From Camelus dromedarius (taxonomy: Eukaryota), in the NCBI RefSeq assembly GCF_036321535.1, contig NC_087437.1:33544001-33608000 (forward strand): 64,000 nucleotides of DNA, read 5' to 3'. This document shows, in pieces, positions 39,921 through 53,361 of this stretch. Both the position numbers and the translations under genes were made by a program. The notes beneath the pieces are model-generated. The model made no database searches. It saw nothing but the letters and a program-made list of their open reading frames with translations, and was not told the origin of the DNA. The stretch's first letter is position 1, and the number at the start of each line of letters is the position of its first letter.

Positions 39921-42900
39921 ACAATACCAGTGCCTTCCCTCAGACCACTTGTGGGCAGGACTGAGTGGGAGAAGACAGACAGAAGGAGCTACATGTAATT
40001 AGCTATTGTTTCCCAACATACTCAGACTTGTGTCTTCTTTGATGGCATCCTCTTTTTCCCATCCTCAAATTCAGCTTACTTGGGAAATAATGTATTTTGA
40101 AATTTAAAAAATTATTTAGTAACATTTAAGAATTAGGAACTTTCACACAAACAATCCAGATGTCTGACTACTCTTGAAAAGCTGAAAGGTCTGTCACCCA
40201 TCAGTTGTGCCAGGATGGGGTTCCCCCTCACAGGGGCAGGTACTGCCCAGTCTTCCCCCACCCGGGCCCCAGGCGACATCGGGATTCTTCTCCTGTCTCC
40301 ACAGCCTCATCCTGCCTGGTACCCTCACTTTCATGCCTTTGCCCAAAGGTCTTCCCTCTTCCTCCCTAGCAATCTAAACCCCATCCATCCTTGAAAGCTA
40401 ATTAAAGTACCAGGACTCCCTCAAGCCTCCTCTAAGCATCCCAGCCCTCAGAGAGCTCTCCCTTCTGCTCCTCTGTGTAAGGACGTCTGCTGACAGCCAG
40501 AACTGCACAGGCTGAGTCCCCAAGTAGCTGCGAATGCAGGAGGGAGCCACCTGCACCATAAAACTGACAAGGGCTTCTAGAAAGGGCAGAGGCAGGCGAG
40601 TATGCCATCCCTGAGATGAGAGAAGATAAATTGGAATTGACCTGGCAAAGAAATCAAGAAAAGTATTTTATATCATTTCTTTTGAAATAAACCTCAATAC
40701 CGTATTTATAATTCAAAATATAGGAACACACACAATGTGCCTTCTTACTGCAACCAGCTTTTAAAGAATTATATTGATGCCATTGCTCGGTTTCAGAAGT
40801 GAAAATGTCAAGGTTGTTGGTGTTTAGGGTTTACCCTGCGTCCGTGAAGGTGCCTTGTGAGTAGGAATTGCAGTAAAGCTGGGGTGAATAGATGACACGT
40901 GATTCCCTTTGATTGAGGGATGAGGTGCTTCTACATTTTAATTCTGTCATACAGTAAATAGTATGTGGAGATGGTATTCTGAGAGCTAATATTAGAATCA
41001 TTTAATCTGTGAACGTCACATCAGTGTAGTTAAAGGGGAGTAAGTATATGATATAAACACTTTTCTACGATTCAGAGAGTCATAAATAATAGCACAGCTC
41101 CACTGTTTAAGGAAAACAGTGTAGCAATTTAGAGTAATAGCCTAATATGACGTGACTGTCCTTTCATTTTTAACCCTTAAATTAAAAAAAAAAGAATAAA
41201 ATACAATGTAATATACTTTCAACTAAGTAAAACTGTTTTCATATGTGTAGGCAAGGATAGTGAGATAACTATTCAAAAATTAAAATGACTTTAGGGAAGT
41301 GAATGGCTTATAGATGGCTTTAATACACATTTTAAAGGTATTTAATATTTTCACATTTTCTTGTCAGTTAACAAAAGTAGAGGATATCCATTCACTTGGA
41401 AGAAAAGGATATTGTCTTCTTAATCTCTGACTTAAGGAAACTGACATGTCACTGTAAAGATCCCATAGAACTAGAAGGGGAAGGTGATGCTTTAAAGGCT
41501 TTGCAAGCTTTCACTTGCGCATCCTTTTGTTTTTTAAAGGTGTCATGCTGCCCCCTGGTGTTCAACAAGCTAAAATGTAACATCTCAAATGGGGGCTACG
41601 CTTTTCATGTTTTCTGAATAATCAAGGCGATTCAAAAAGGTGGCGTTGGGGGGAGAAATACCTCGTCCTATAATCTTGTGCATATTCCATATGTTGTCAG
41701 TATTTTCTGTTTTTAAAATCACATTTAAAACGTCACATGTTTCTAAGCCCTTGATGGGCAGGTTTGCAGGCTTTAGGTGCCCTCAAGTTGCCGGGACTTG
41801 TCAGCAGGGCTCTGGGAGATGCCCGGTACTTCAGGCACTTCAGATGACATGGAAATCAGCCTCCAAAAGTTTGATACTTTCTTAATAAAATGGATCCCAG
41901 AGGAAACAACAGGATTACCAAACTCAGGCCCATAATCTTACAGGACCTTCTCTGAGGTTCTGTTTAAAATCTTTAAATCCAAGGAAAATAAATAAATATG
42001 GATGCGTTTTGAGTAGACATTGCATAAGAAAACAGTGACCACATATGACCCAAAGCAAGGTCAGGTCCTGCTTTAATGGGGCCTGCAGTGTGCATATAAT
42101 TTGGAGAGCCCTTAAAGAAAAACCTAAAAAATACATCCTTTTGCAATTTTATACAAGCCACCAGAGGAGCTCCTAGAAGAGTCTGGAAGCTCTTGGCCTC
42201 TAAGTAAGGGCCCCAGAAGCTTCAGTGTCATAGATTCAGGGAAATTGGCCTCTGACATCACCAAGGTATTATTTCACTGCAGGTTCTGGACTTTTCCTTG
42301 AGCATTATAACTCACAGCGCCTTGATGAATTAGGAAATATATACAAATTCAAGAATGTGATAGCATTTATGTATTCTTTATATCCTCTGACCGCTGAGAA
42401 TTGATGGTCTTTGAACCATTCTAGCCAAATGAAAATAAATCAGTTCATTTACACAGAAACATCTTTAGTGACTTTGGTTGTATGTGGAAGAATTATAGAA
42501 GATTAGAGGCTTCCAGGAGTCGAGGAGAGAGTGATGGAATCAGTGCAGTCATTTAAAACTATTTTCAAAGGCTGAATCCTGACAATCGGTTTTCATTTCC
42601 AGCTAACCCCCAGGAGAAAAGGGAGTGTGTTCCCTGATCACATGTGAAAATCTAGATGTTAATCTCAAAGATTAGAAGCTAGTCCAAATGGAAAAAAAAA
42701 GTCACTTGGCTTTCACAAAGAAGGGGTTTCTGTATCCAAATCAGAACATGGCTTTTTTGGGGGGTACTAATCACAGGAAATAAAAAACTTCCTTGGGTGA
42801 AGTCTCAAGCAGCCACCTCATCGTGGGTTACTTTAAAGTTCTGAATAGCACGTAACACTTCCAAATATTTTGTCTTCTCCATCCACTTCTTTGTTTATTT

Positions 42901-43429
42901 ATCATACATTACCCCAGTTTCCTTCCACAGGGTGTAAAATTTGTGACCACAGGGCTCTTGCCTGTCTTGTCCCCAGAGCAGGACCCCTGCACTTGACCAT
43001 GTAGACTGCGCTATCAGACATCATGGGACGCCCTTGAAGTCTGTGTGAATGGCTCCCATAGAGCTGCAGTGCCAAGGGCTGACCTTGGCACAGGATGGTC
43101 CCCCAACAGTGATGTATTGAGTGAATGAATAAGTTGTACATCAGCCTGTTTATTATTCTCACTTGAAAAAAGGATGAGAAATGGAAAGATTTTGTGTCTC
43201 ATGAATCAAAGTACGTACATTCCTGGGTGCAAACTAGTTTCACTTTGATGACTCTTTCTGACTAAGTTGACTCTTGTAGACTGATTTAGCTTGGGCAAGT
43301 CTATGAAAGTCACATTAATGAAATAGAAAGTCCAAGTCTTCCGATTTCCCGTGTCACATTCTATGTGTTACAGTTTCCCTGTCCCCAAATCCAGCTTCCC
43401 AGACTCCTTGTGCTTTTCTGAGTCTATGA

Positions 43430-43720
<291 letters not shown>

Positions 43721-43989
43721 TGAGGGTTTTGTCCTCTCAAAACCAAGACACAATTCAAAAACACAAAGTGAACTTTATCAAATCTGAGGGAATTGATTGT
43801 GTTTGAAATCAACCTAAACTACTCATTTGTGTGTTGGCATTCTTCTATTACTGAGAATATCTTTCTGCCTTTCTTTACAGAGTATGCTTCTTTTAGTCTG
43901 TGTCGTTGGTAGCATTTTGAGGTGCAAATAGGATAGAAGATTAGCTTGGTTACAAGGATTTTAAAGAGAACTTTCATAGGAAGAATTGA

Positions 43990-44305
43990 AAGGGGTTACA
44001 AATTCAGGGGTTGCATCTCAGATGCCTACAAGACCAGGTAAGTAATCTATGTGACTGATGCTAGCTGAGTTGTGACTGGCTCACTGAATGAAGGTGTCAT
44101 CTAAAGAGGCAGCCCACCTTGCCTCCTGGAAGTATGTTGCCAGGTGGTAAAGCAGAAAAAATGTTGCCAAAGGTCATTTTCTTTCTTCAGATAATGCCAG
44201 AAATCCAGATTTTTAAATGTTGGCAACCAGTAAGAAAAATTTAAATGTAAATAGACCATGCCCATGGACCGCAGTTGTCCTGGGGGCCACCAGTTTAAGA
44301 ACTCG
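43990..44305. mobile_element. hAT-Charlie-type DNA transposon remnant
   Basis: gccagaaatccagatttttaaatgttggcaacc...gggccaccagtttaagaactc; a related piece lies at ~40110-40200. Confidence 0.5.
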
Positions 44306-45849
44306 AGTATAAGGCTGAATGATGAAAGAACCTGTTGAAAGCCTTTATTTGAAAAACAATACGCAGCAACTGTGATGGGAAATAAATGATGAGGCAATTG
44401 TACTGCAGAGTTGTGTGGATTTAGCCCCTGGGATCACTTACCATAGTCACTGCAGTACTGAAAGAAGTTAGGAAATGAAGTAACTACACAGGTATATTAT
44501 TTCCAAAAAAATCTTCCTTGAATACTTTGTAATCATGTTTGTTCAGTGGTGAAAAGGCTTCCCAACAGCCGAAATAACATATTCATGTTGGGATCAAGCA
44601 AAGGTTGTTTTGAAATGTTTTCAGATGATAGCGTTGCCTAGTCTTTAGGAAATGGCTTCATCTAGCTACGGATTCTAAGGAGAGGGCAGTAAGTTAAGTT
44701 TATGGCTGTGCAAATAATTGTGGCAGAAGATCTATTTTTAGCTGACAGCAGAAATTGAATACTTTAGTGAATCTGCACTTGTCAAAGACAGTTTTGTGGG
44801 GGAATGAATTGTCTTAAGGGGCCTCACTGTCACTAGAGGACGCTCATGAACCAGTTTGGAAAATGTCTGCGTTTGTTTAGTCAAGTGTATTTAACTCATG
44901 ACTTGTGAGTGGAAAAGAATGTGAAAATGGAGTGTTTGGGTTGCCTTCGCTGTGAATGCCAATACAAGGTGCAAATTAAATGGCTTTGAAGACTCGATTT
45001 GAATGATGGAAACTGAATATCAAATCACTCTGCCAGTGAGTGAAAGATTTGGGTTTCCTGCTTTTGTGTCTTCTCACAGTTCCCATTGTGGACCATGTCA
45101 ACCGTCCTGGGATGTCTAATGGCTTCAGTGTTGCTTTGGGTGGTTAACCTTTTGGCTTATTGGAATTCAGGATGAATCTATCTTTGCTTTATATTTATGC
45201 TGCCACACCACTTGGATTCTGACACCTCAAGTGTTTCTGTGTAAATGCACATAGTTCCCCCTTGTGGGTCCTCATGTTTATGTATAGTTTTGCTCAGCTT
45301 TGCTAATAGTTTTACCTTATTTAATTAAGCTGAGCCTCCAGGTCCCCCAATGTTTCTTACGTAAGGAGATTTCCTCCCTCAAGTGTCCCTGGCAATTTGG
45401 TTTCCCATAAGGTGTGTCCGTCCAACTGAATTGGGGGTGGTACCTGTTCCACCACCGCATCGTCGTGTCTTGACTCTGTGCTTGTGGGACAAAGGCGACT
45501 CTATTCCGTGTGTGAAAGTTTGGCTCACTCTTGATTGTCTACACACAGTGAGAATCAAAACAGACTTTCCAAAAACATTATTGGAATTAGCTTCAGAAAG
45601 AAAGCAGACCCTGCTCAGAATTCTAATAAGGTTATTGATTATAAGGACAACTTTGATATTGATGATGTCAGTGGGTGTGACACTAAATGTACAGAATAAA
45701 ATATGAAAATATAAGATGTTGGGGCATTCCCAAGTCTTTTGTTTGTCAGGCAGGTAAAATACCCAGGCCATCATTGTTTAAAATTTTATGCCTAACTGTT
45801 TGGAGTTGGTATAACTAGCTAAGGTAGTTTAATCTCCCATGATTATCTG

Positions 45850-46182
45850 TTCGCTGAGACTTCTTTGATGAAGATCCATTCTTACATCTTTTGTTGGTCG
45901 CAGCCCCGTGAAAGGAAACTGACTCTACTCCACCTTGACGAGCCTGCCAGATGCACTGGGTTCATGTATATTCTCAAGGAACCCCAGATAGAAGACTTGC
46001 TTTTACCCCTCTCTGAAGTAGACCTCAAGTTTGTGGAGGGGATAAGGAAGACCCCTGGTCTCCCTTGGCTAAGCCTGTCACAAAGAGATGAGCTTTCTCT
46101 AATAATCAGTGAGTGCATTTGGAACTTCAGGGTTAAAAGCTTTCAGTCCATGTCAAATGTTCTCAATATGGTGTCTCCCTAG
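45850..46182 (+). CDS. IQCJ: Diverged homologue of the IQCJ-specific terminal exon (FAETSLMKIHSYIFCWSQPRERKLTLLHLDEPARCTGFMYILKEPQIE...); whether it is used is uncertain
   Basis: Track ORF 45865..46182 aligns by eye to the recalled human C-terminus FARAPVGKIHPYISWRLQ...[27 protein letters not shown]. The dinucleotide before 45850 is TG, not AG. AATAAA at 46589 and 46616 downstream. Confidence 0.55.
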   Translation, partial: FAETSLMKIHSYIFCWSQPRERKLTLLHLDEPARCTGFMYILKEPQIEDLLLPLSEVDLKFVEGIRKTPGLPWLSLSQRDELSLIISECIWNFRVKSFQSMSNVLNMVSP

Positions 46183-46588
46183 GGGGTTCTCTGGGCCTCT
46201 GGCTCCCACTAGATCCCCTCCAGCTTGCTGAACCTCAGCCCTCTTTCTCTGGGCTTCATCTATCACTGTTGCTGCCTAGACCATGGTCTGTCTTCTCTCA
46301 TCTGATCAGCTGCCTGTCTCATCCCAAGTACTAACCCTCTACTAACCTCTAATGCAGCCGCAGTTGGAGGCCAGTCTGCCCTTGCCTAACCCATGGGCCT
46401 TGCCAGCTGCTTCACGAACCCTGTGCGCATAATAACTGCAATTACTGCCTATGCTAGCTGTCTGCCCCAGGCACGCGACGCATGGGAAGCCAGCAACCTG
46501 ATGGGAGGAGGTGGGGGAGGAGCCCTGTGCTGAGCTGAGAATGATGCTTCTGCGTGCTCCTGCTCTCTTTAGGCTAAGCATGGTGGTT

Positions 46589-46621
46589 AATAAAGTCCTT
46601 AGAATATTTCTCTAAAATAAA
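46589..46621 (+). terminator. Candidate polyadenylation signals for a stand-alone IQCJ transcript
   Basis: AATAAA at 46589-46594 and 46616-46621, ~400 nt after the stop of the terminal-exon homologue, followed by GT-rich sequence (cagtgtttcagtgtg). Confidence 0.3.
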
Positions 46622-46659
46622 TAGCAACAGCAGTGTTTCAGTGTGAGCTCTTAAATTCA

Positions 46660-46870
46660 TCGTCTTAATAGGAGCTGAGCACTTGTTACGTGGCGGGGAC
46701 TTCGCTAATGCTTTCCGTGGATTATTTCATTTAATCCTCTCTGTGACCATATGAAAGAGGTACTGTTATTATCTCCATTTTACAGATGATGAAAATGAAA
46801 CTTAAAGAGAGAACTGACTTGCCCTGGGTTACTCACTGGGCTGGAGCCTGCAGGCTTCACTATTCTGCTG
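46660..46870 (-). mobile_element. MIR SINE
   Basis: attatttcatttaatcctc...aggtactgttattatctccattttacagatgatgaaa. Confidence 0.85.
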
Positions 46871-47649
46871 TATCGTAACACTTGAAAGTAAGCCTGCATT
46901 TAGATGTGGTCAAGCCGTGAAAGAGATAATCAGTGCATTAGTGCCTTTCTAAGACTATTTTACAATTTAGTAGGTACAAACAGTGAATGAAAGAATACTC
47001 ATTTGATTTTATAAACTGCCTCATTCAATGCTCTTTGATTAAAACCTCAAACCTCAGCTGCTCAGTACCAAATAAAAGAGCAACAGGAGGGAAGATGATA
47101 TTAAGTTATGTTAGCAATTTGCATATTAAGTGCCCTTATACCACAGTGTATCATGTGGTAACAGAAAAATTTGTTTTGGAAATAGCAATTTTGATTAGCA
47201 ACTGTTATTAGGAAATGGTGCTTGTTGGTATCAAATTGAGAAAAAAAGAATAACTCTTTTTAAAAAACCATAAGAATATTAGTTATTGCACAGAGGGAAA
47301 CACTGGAAAATGCTTTGTTTATTTTTTATTAATCAATTTCATGTGACCAAATACTTACTCTTTTAGTTCCCAGCTTCAAGAAATCTGTAACTTGTCTAAT
47401 AGCATATCATGGAAAGAAATTACAGACCAGTACATTGTAAACTACTAGGTTAATACCTTTTTTACAAATAATTAGCATATCCATGCAGATAAATCCAGAA
47501 AAATCTTTGGATTGTTTGGGAACATTCTCAGCCCGGTTTGGTTTGAATTGATTCTGTCTGCCTGGGCCTGCCTTCCTGGCCACACCCACTTTCTCCCATT
47601 GGTTCCCACACTATTGTGATCTGGCCTGTAGGGGGCAGCGTGGCTCATG

Positions 47650-47880
47650 GAATGAGGCCCTGGCTTGGTGAGAGGACCTGACGTAAAATAGCAGCTCTGC
47701 CACTGTTTTTGTGAGTCCAAGTTATAAATCACTTGAGAGGCCCTTCTTCATCTGCAAACTGGAAACAACACCCACCTCAGAGATGGATTGTTATTGCGGT
47801 GAAGACTGAATGGCACTCCATATGTAAAAGAGCACAGAGCCTGGACCCTGAAGGCTCTCAATAAATCGTCAGTTCTGAAT
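47650..47880 (+). mobile_element. MIR SINE
   Basis: cagctctgccact...cttcatctgcaaactggaaacaacacccacctcag...ctcaataaat. Confidence 0.7.
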
Positions 47881-50291
47881 CTGCTCTTGAAAATACTCCA
47901 TGCGTTTAAAACACTGTGGGCGACTTGTGAAGAGCAGAGGTGAAATTTTTACCTAGGTTCCCACTGGGGTGAGGGGTGCAGGCACAGAGCCTGTTTCCAA
48001 TTCACCAAATGAATCCATGAGAATCAGATTGTGTCCTAGAATACCTGTATTCATATATACATGTATTCATAGTATATATGTGCACATACACATGTTCTGA
48101 GATTGGAGCTGTACAAGAGTAATAAATTAAACATTTATTTTAGTGTTTGTCTTTCCTTTTAAAGCTAATTTTCAAGGTCCAAAGTTTAAGCCAGGTGCAA
48201 ATACTTTTGCCTCTAAATGAGTAGCCCTCTTCTAAGAGCCCACACCCACATACAGAGTGAAAGAAAGCCTAGATTGTCCTCTCACTTCTACCTGAGAAAG
48301 AATAAATGGGAGGTTCTGCAGCGTGTCGGGGAGAACAGGGATCCGTGGCCTCACCTCTCAGGCGAGTGAGTGCAGAAAGCACCGTTCCAGCAGCTGCACA
48401 ACCCCGGCCACAAGTCCTTTCTTCACTCCTGGTCAGGAGGAATTACAGTCCTTGTAATTCTTGAGCAGTTTTTGTAATTCTTAAAAATCTTGAGCAGATT
48501 CCCAAGCAGTGATCTGGGCCCCTGAAGACCCTGTTACCTCAGTTGTCCTGGAGCAAAGCCGTAGAGTCTCATATTTCTAGGCTGGCTTGAGTGGTCCTGG
48601 CTTTTAGCAAGAGTATCTGGGTAGTCAGCACCCAGCAGCACCCAGACCTTCCCAAGTACTGTGCCTGCCTGCCAAACACGGCAGGTGCACCGGTATTCAA
48701 AATGCTTAATCATCCTCAAGTTTTATTGCCCTTTTTTGAGATTTAATACCTCCAATATATCAGGAAAAATCTAGTGACTAAAGAGAGAAAGTCTTCCTGT
48801 AAAGTTGCACTTGTGTTGGGAGGAAATTCAGGCTCTGAAAAAGGATTTTCTGGGACCCCTTCCAATACTCTCTTGAGAGCTGCAAAATTATAGAGAATGT
48901 AAGCTTTGTGCTACTTAATAATTTAATAACCTAGATTTTCCAGGTCAGGGACAAGTTACAGTATTATGCCCAGCTGTTACAAATTTAGGTCCCGTGAGTT
49001 CTAATGTTTCAGCACCCAGGCTCTATCTAACATCTAGCCTTTCAGACCTCGAAATAGCACTTTTTTTTTTTAATCATTCTATTTGTCTCAGATTTTGGTT
49101 CAGAGAATACCAATAGTCATATGTCAAAAGAGAAAGCTTCTTGGTGTTTGCATAGAAGTAAATACATTTCTCTTTTCTTCTAACCACGGTCTTAGAGAAC
49201 AAATGTTTTCTGTTACAAAGTTTTAGAAATTGTATAATATATTACCATATATTATATAGCCATATAATTATAACCAGTTTAAATGAATAAAATGGAATTG
49301 TATAAAAATATCTGTATACCACAAACATTTTCCTTTTTACATCTTTGAACATTGATTGATCATAAAGATTCCTCTTCCCAAATCATCCTTTTAACATAAT
49401 GATTTGAGGACATTTTTCTTGATAGGTTTAAAAAATGAGCATGTTGTTTCAGTTTGGGAATTAAAAAATTTTTTTTAAGGACTGCTAACATCGAACATTT
49501 CCTGGGTTCAGAATGATATGCAACATTGACAGTTCCTTGTTTGATAACTGACTCATTCATCCACAGCAGTATACTAAATCCTCCTAAGCAGTCGCAGTCA
49601 TTGACCTATGAGCACAGATGCAAAGATCTAGATATGAAGCACCTCACTCTGCACAAGGAGAGCAGAGAAAGAATTTGTTCTCTTTGCAGTTTACCTTGAG
49701 TCCAGTCTCAGCGTTTGTCCTCACGGAGGTCCTGTCCTTATTCTGCAGCTTGGGTGAGATACAGCGCTGAATCCCTAGTTTAGACCCAGAGTGCACCCTC
49801 TCCTACAAAATCCAGTTTCACCATAGCTAATCAGCATTTCACTCTTTGGATGAGTATGAAAGATGCTTTAGGATCTGAGAAGAAATTGGATGTGGCGGAA
49901 CTGGCGTGAGGTCTACTATTGTATTCCTTTTGTTTCTGGAAATTTCATTGGCCTCAGCCTGTTTAGGACGTTCTTTTTGTAAACAACACATCTTTGGAGG
50001 GAAGGGGAGTTATTCACACCCATGGATTAGATCTACATCATTCTTTCACTCATTCAACAAATATCTGAGCGTCTACTTGGTGCTGGGCCTTTGGAGATAA
50101 AATGATCACCCCAATACATGTAACCTCTGTCCTTACAGAATTTTCATAATTCCCTGGTCATGGTTGGCAATTCTTGTAACAGATGTACTGGCAACTTAGA
50201 GGGGATACTCAATAACATTTCACTGATTAATCATATAAAAGGTTTAGGTGTTATTACTAACAAAAATCTGGCTGCTGAGACATCTCCTGGA

Positions 50292-50548
50292 GCAAAATTT
50301 CCCAAAATGTGGACCCTAGAGTACTAGTCTCATAGGGTATTGATGCTAATTAGGGGAAGAGTGAAATAAACCGGTCTGTTTACTATAGAACTTCTTAGAG
50401 CCTTACTAAGATAACGCACATTTTGAATTTGCCGGAGTCAGGGGTCACTGTTTTCTTGTTTCCCAGACTTCTTTGACCATGAGACTCATTAAGAATCACA
50501 TCTTATTGGACTCCTTACTAATGCATAGAACACTTTGGGAAGTGCTAG
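50292..50548. mobile_element. hAT-Charlie MITE
   Basis: Inverted termini tttcccaaaatgtg ... gaacactttgggaagtgct. Confidence 0.65.
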
Positions 50549-50728
50549 CTATTTTAGCGTTAGTTGTTGAAGAAAGGTCCCAAGAGCTGGAGTCTCTAAG
50601 TGGCTCAGTAATAAAATTAATATGATTTGAACATTGCATTTTGAAAACTTCCAATGAAATTTTTACACATGACATCTCCTTTTTATAGGTCTCTATTTAC
50701 AGCTGTATTAAGCAAATTTTACTAAGTT

Positions 50729-50806
50729 AGTTCACATATAAAACTTGTTATATTAACTGGCTGATGGAGTTTACATATAAAACTTGTTACATTAACTGGC
50801 TAGTAG
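50729..50806. repeat. 39-bp tandem duplication, two copies
   Basis: agttcacatataaaacttgttatattaactggct versus agtttacatataaaacttgttacattaactggct; period 39. Confidence 0.92.
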
Positions 50807-51384
50807 GGTTGTCTAGTCAACAACGTAACAGTGTTGCAAGATGGGGTTTTAGGGAGTCAATAAATAACTCCTTTTCTGTTCTTGATTTGGAAACTTATTT
50901 TGAAAGGCGGAAGATTTAGGCAGAGGGATATCAAAATCTCAGCCTTATTTCCTGTCAAAGCTGTATTTGAGGGTGTAAATTGGACTTGTGGCCATTGGGC
51001 TTTCTACTAGTGAACTTTGGATTTAGGGACTTACCAATCATGAGAAGCACCGAATACTGCTGGCCTTGCCCAATGGATCTTGCAGAGAGGTGGATCCCAT
51101 TAAAACTGGAGGGAGAATGAGCCTGGGATGCCTAGTTCCTTTTCCTAATTCCTCACTTAGGGTAACTCCTTCCACCTTCATGGACTGGATTAAAGGGTGG
51201 AAATCAGAGACTGGGAGTATTTCAGAAAGTGCTTCCTAATGGAAATCTGAAGAGTTGGGAAGAAGGGAGCCCTCAACATTGGACATTTCATGTAGCAACA
51301 GTTTTTGGCCTTTCATTATAGCTATCATAAATATTTTAAACTTATTTTGATTTTTATATGATTATATACTTTGTAATATATTAA

Positions 51385-51560
51385 TTATTGCAGTTTTTTC
51401 TAAATAAGCATCACTTGGGCAGCTTTTTAAAAAAAATACAGATTTTAGAACCACAGTAGATCTTTTAAATCAGAATATCTGGGAAGAGGCCTGGGATTCT
51501 GTATTTTTAAAAAATATCTCAAGTAATCCTCATTATGGCTAAAGTATAGAAAACACCGAG
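51385..51560. mobile_element. MER5-like MITE
   Basis: aaatcagaatatctgggaagaggcctgggattctgtatttttaa...caagtaatcctcat. Confidence 0.65.
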
Positions 51561-52699
51561 TTAAGGAAATTGTAAAAAAAAAAAAATCAATTTTATTTAA
51601 GAAACTTACATGATCCTCCAGGTGATAAATATTTTTTCTGATTTTTCACTTCTATGTATTAGCGTTGTAATGATGTGCCTTGAGAAGGTGGCTAAGCAAA
51701 ATTTTCCTGGTCTGATATCAAATGTCTACTATTGTTTTAATAGAATTTTCCCAGTGGCACTGGTTGTGTAGAAAATGCTGTTTTCTCATTTTAAGATTTA
51801 TTGTTCTTTTCTTTCTCAAAAATATAAGTACTGTACTCATCAAGGAAGGTTTCTGTTGTTGGATCCATTGAGGTTTTTATTAAAAGAGGGTATATTCAAT
51901 AGGCACTGATTAGATTAGCTTCAACTTATTCTTCACTTTGACTGTGAGGATTTTTAGTTGGTGTGAAAAGAGATTAGATGATTTAAAAGTTAGCTGACGA
52001 GACTGTCAGCTATGACTGAAAATCCTAAATTATGATATATGACTGCATAGTTGAGAAAAGGCAAAATACATTGTACAGAATGGAAATGGCTATTTATTAT
52101 TATACATTCTTTAAAATAATATCTGTGTGTACTATTTATTACCAGTTACATATAGAAATTAGTTATAGTTAAAACTTTGTTTCTTTATTCAGAGCTGAAA
52201 AACATCTAGAAATAATGAGTAAAAGAAGTTTCCTACCAGTATTTGAAAACATACTCAAAACCTTTCAGAGATAGTGTTAGTAAAATTTTTTTGTCTATAA
52301 AACATTCTTCAGTTCTATTAAATAAAATGTCTCCAGTTGACAGTTGCCTTTATTTGTATTTTGTAAACTTCATGGATTGATGTTAAACAATAATGTTTTT
52401 AACTTGCTAAAAATTCTGAGAGACATTTTAGACGTAGATTCCATGTCTCTGTCATTCCTCTAGTTCCCCTCACAGCCCATCTTCACTATATTTACTACGA
52501 GTTAATGACAACTATTCATTTCCTAAAGCAGCACCAGAAGCTGATCTTAAAGAGAAATTCTGCTTCTCATGTGAGGATTACATTGATTTCCTCTTCATTG
52601 CACTGTATTGATAGGGTTAAGTATATTGATAGAAGACCACACTATTTAATGCAAGTAGATTTTCAAGGAAATCCCTTTGCCAAACACTTCACTAGAAGG

Positions 52700-53361
52700 A
52701 CTTCATCTACATACAGCAGCAACTGTGACCTGCTTTAGAGATGACATCACTGGGTGTCATGTGGCTCTTTATACGTTTCAGCCTCAGAAAGAGATAATCT
52801 GTGAAAGCCACAAGAGCCTGATTTCTGCTGTGATAATCTTCAGTAGACAGGGGCTGGGGCTAAAGCAAGGCATACCTGTTTACACAGTGTGTGCGGTGCA
52901 TTGTGGAATTCTGAGCTATATTTCGTTTTATTATTTTTTTTATCAAAAAATAGATGCAATGATAGAATGAGGTGAATTGGCTTCTTCCGACTAATGGGAG
53001 CTTGCTTTTTGCATTAAGATCAAGAACTTTTCTGGAATCCTCTGTTCTCTGAGTAGCCTTGTATTCTGTGTCTTTTTTTGAATTTGAATAAACCGACAAA
53101 AATCAGCAAACTTCATTTTCCAAAGAGCTCTCTCTCTTTTTTGTCAATACTTGAAGATTTCTGCTCCAAAATCTTCTTTGAGCTGCGTGAGCTTCGTAGT
53201 TGATAACTGAAGGGCAAAGAATCTCCTTTGTAGTATGTGTTACAGAAATTCTTCAGATAACTTCACTTGCTAACAGAGACAACTCTTATGGATTTCTTGC
53301 AAAACCAGTTCAAATAAACAACTCTTTCCTCTCAAATGGGCAAAAGTAACTCTTCAGCACC
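52700..53361 (+). promoter_or_regulatory. SCHIP1: Probable SCHIP1 promoter and 5' UTR (non-CpG-island); TSS not determinable
   Basis: Repeat-free region directly upstream of the ATG. Motifs: TGACCT 52726, TGACATCA 52742, TCATGTG 52757, TTTATA 52768. Confidence 0.45.
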
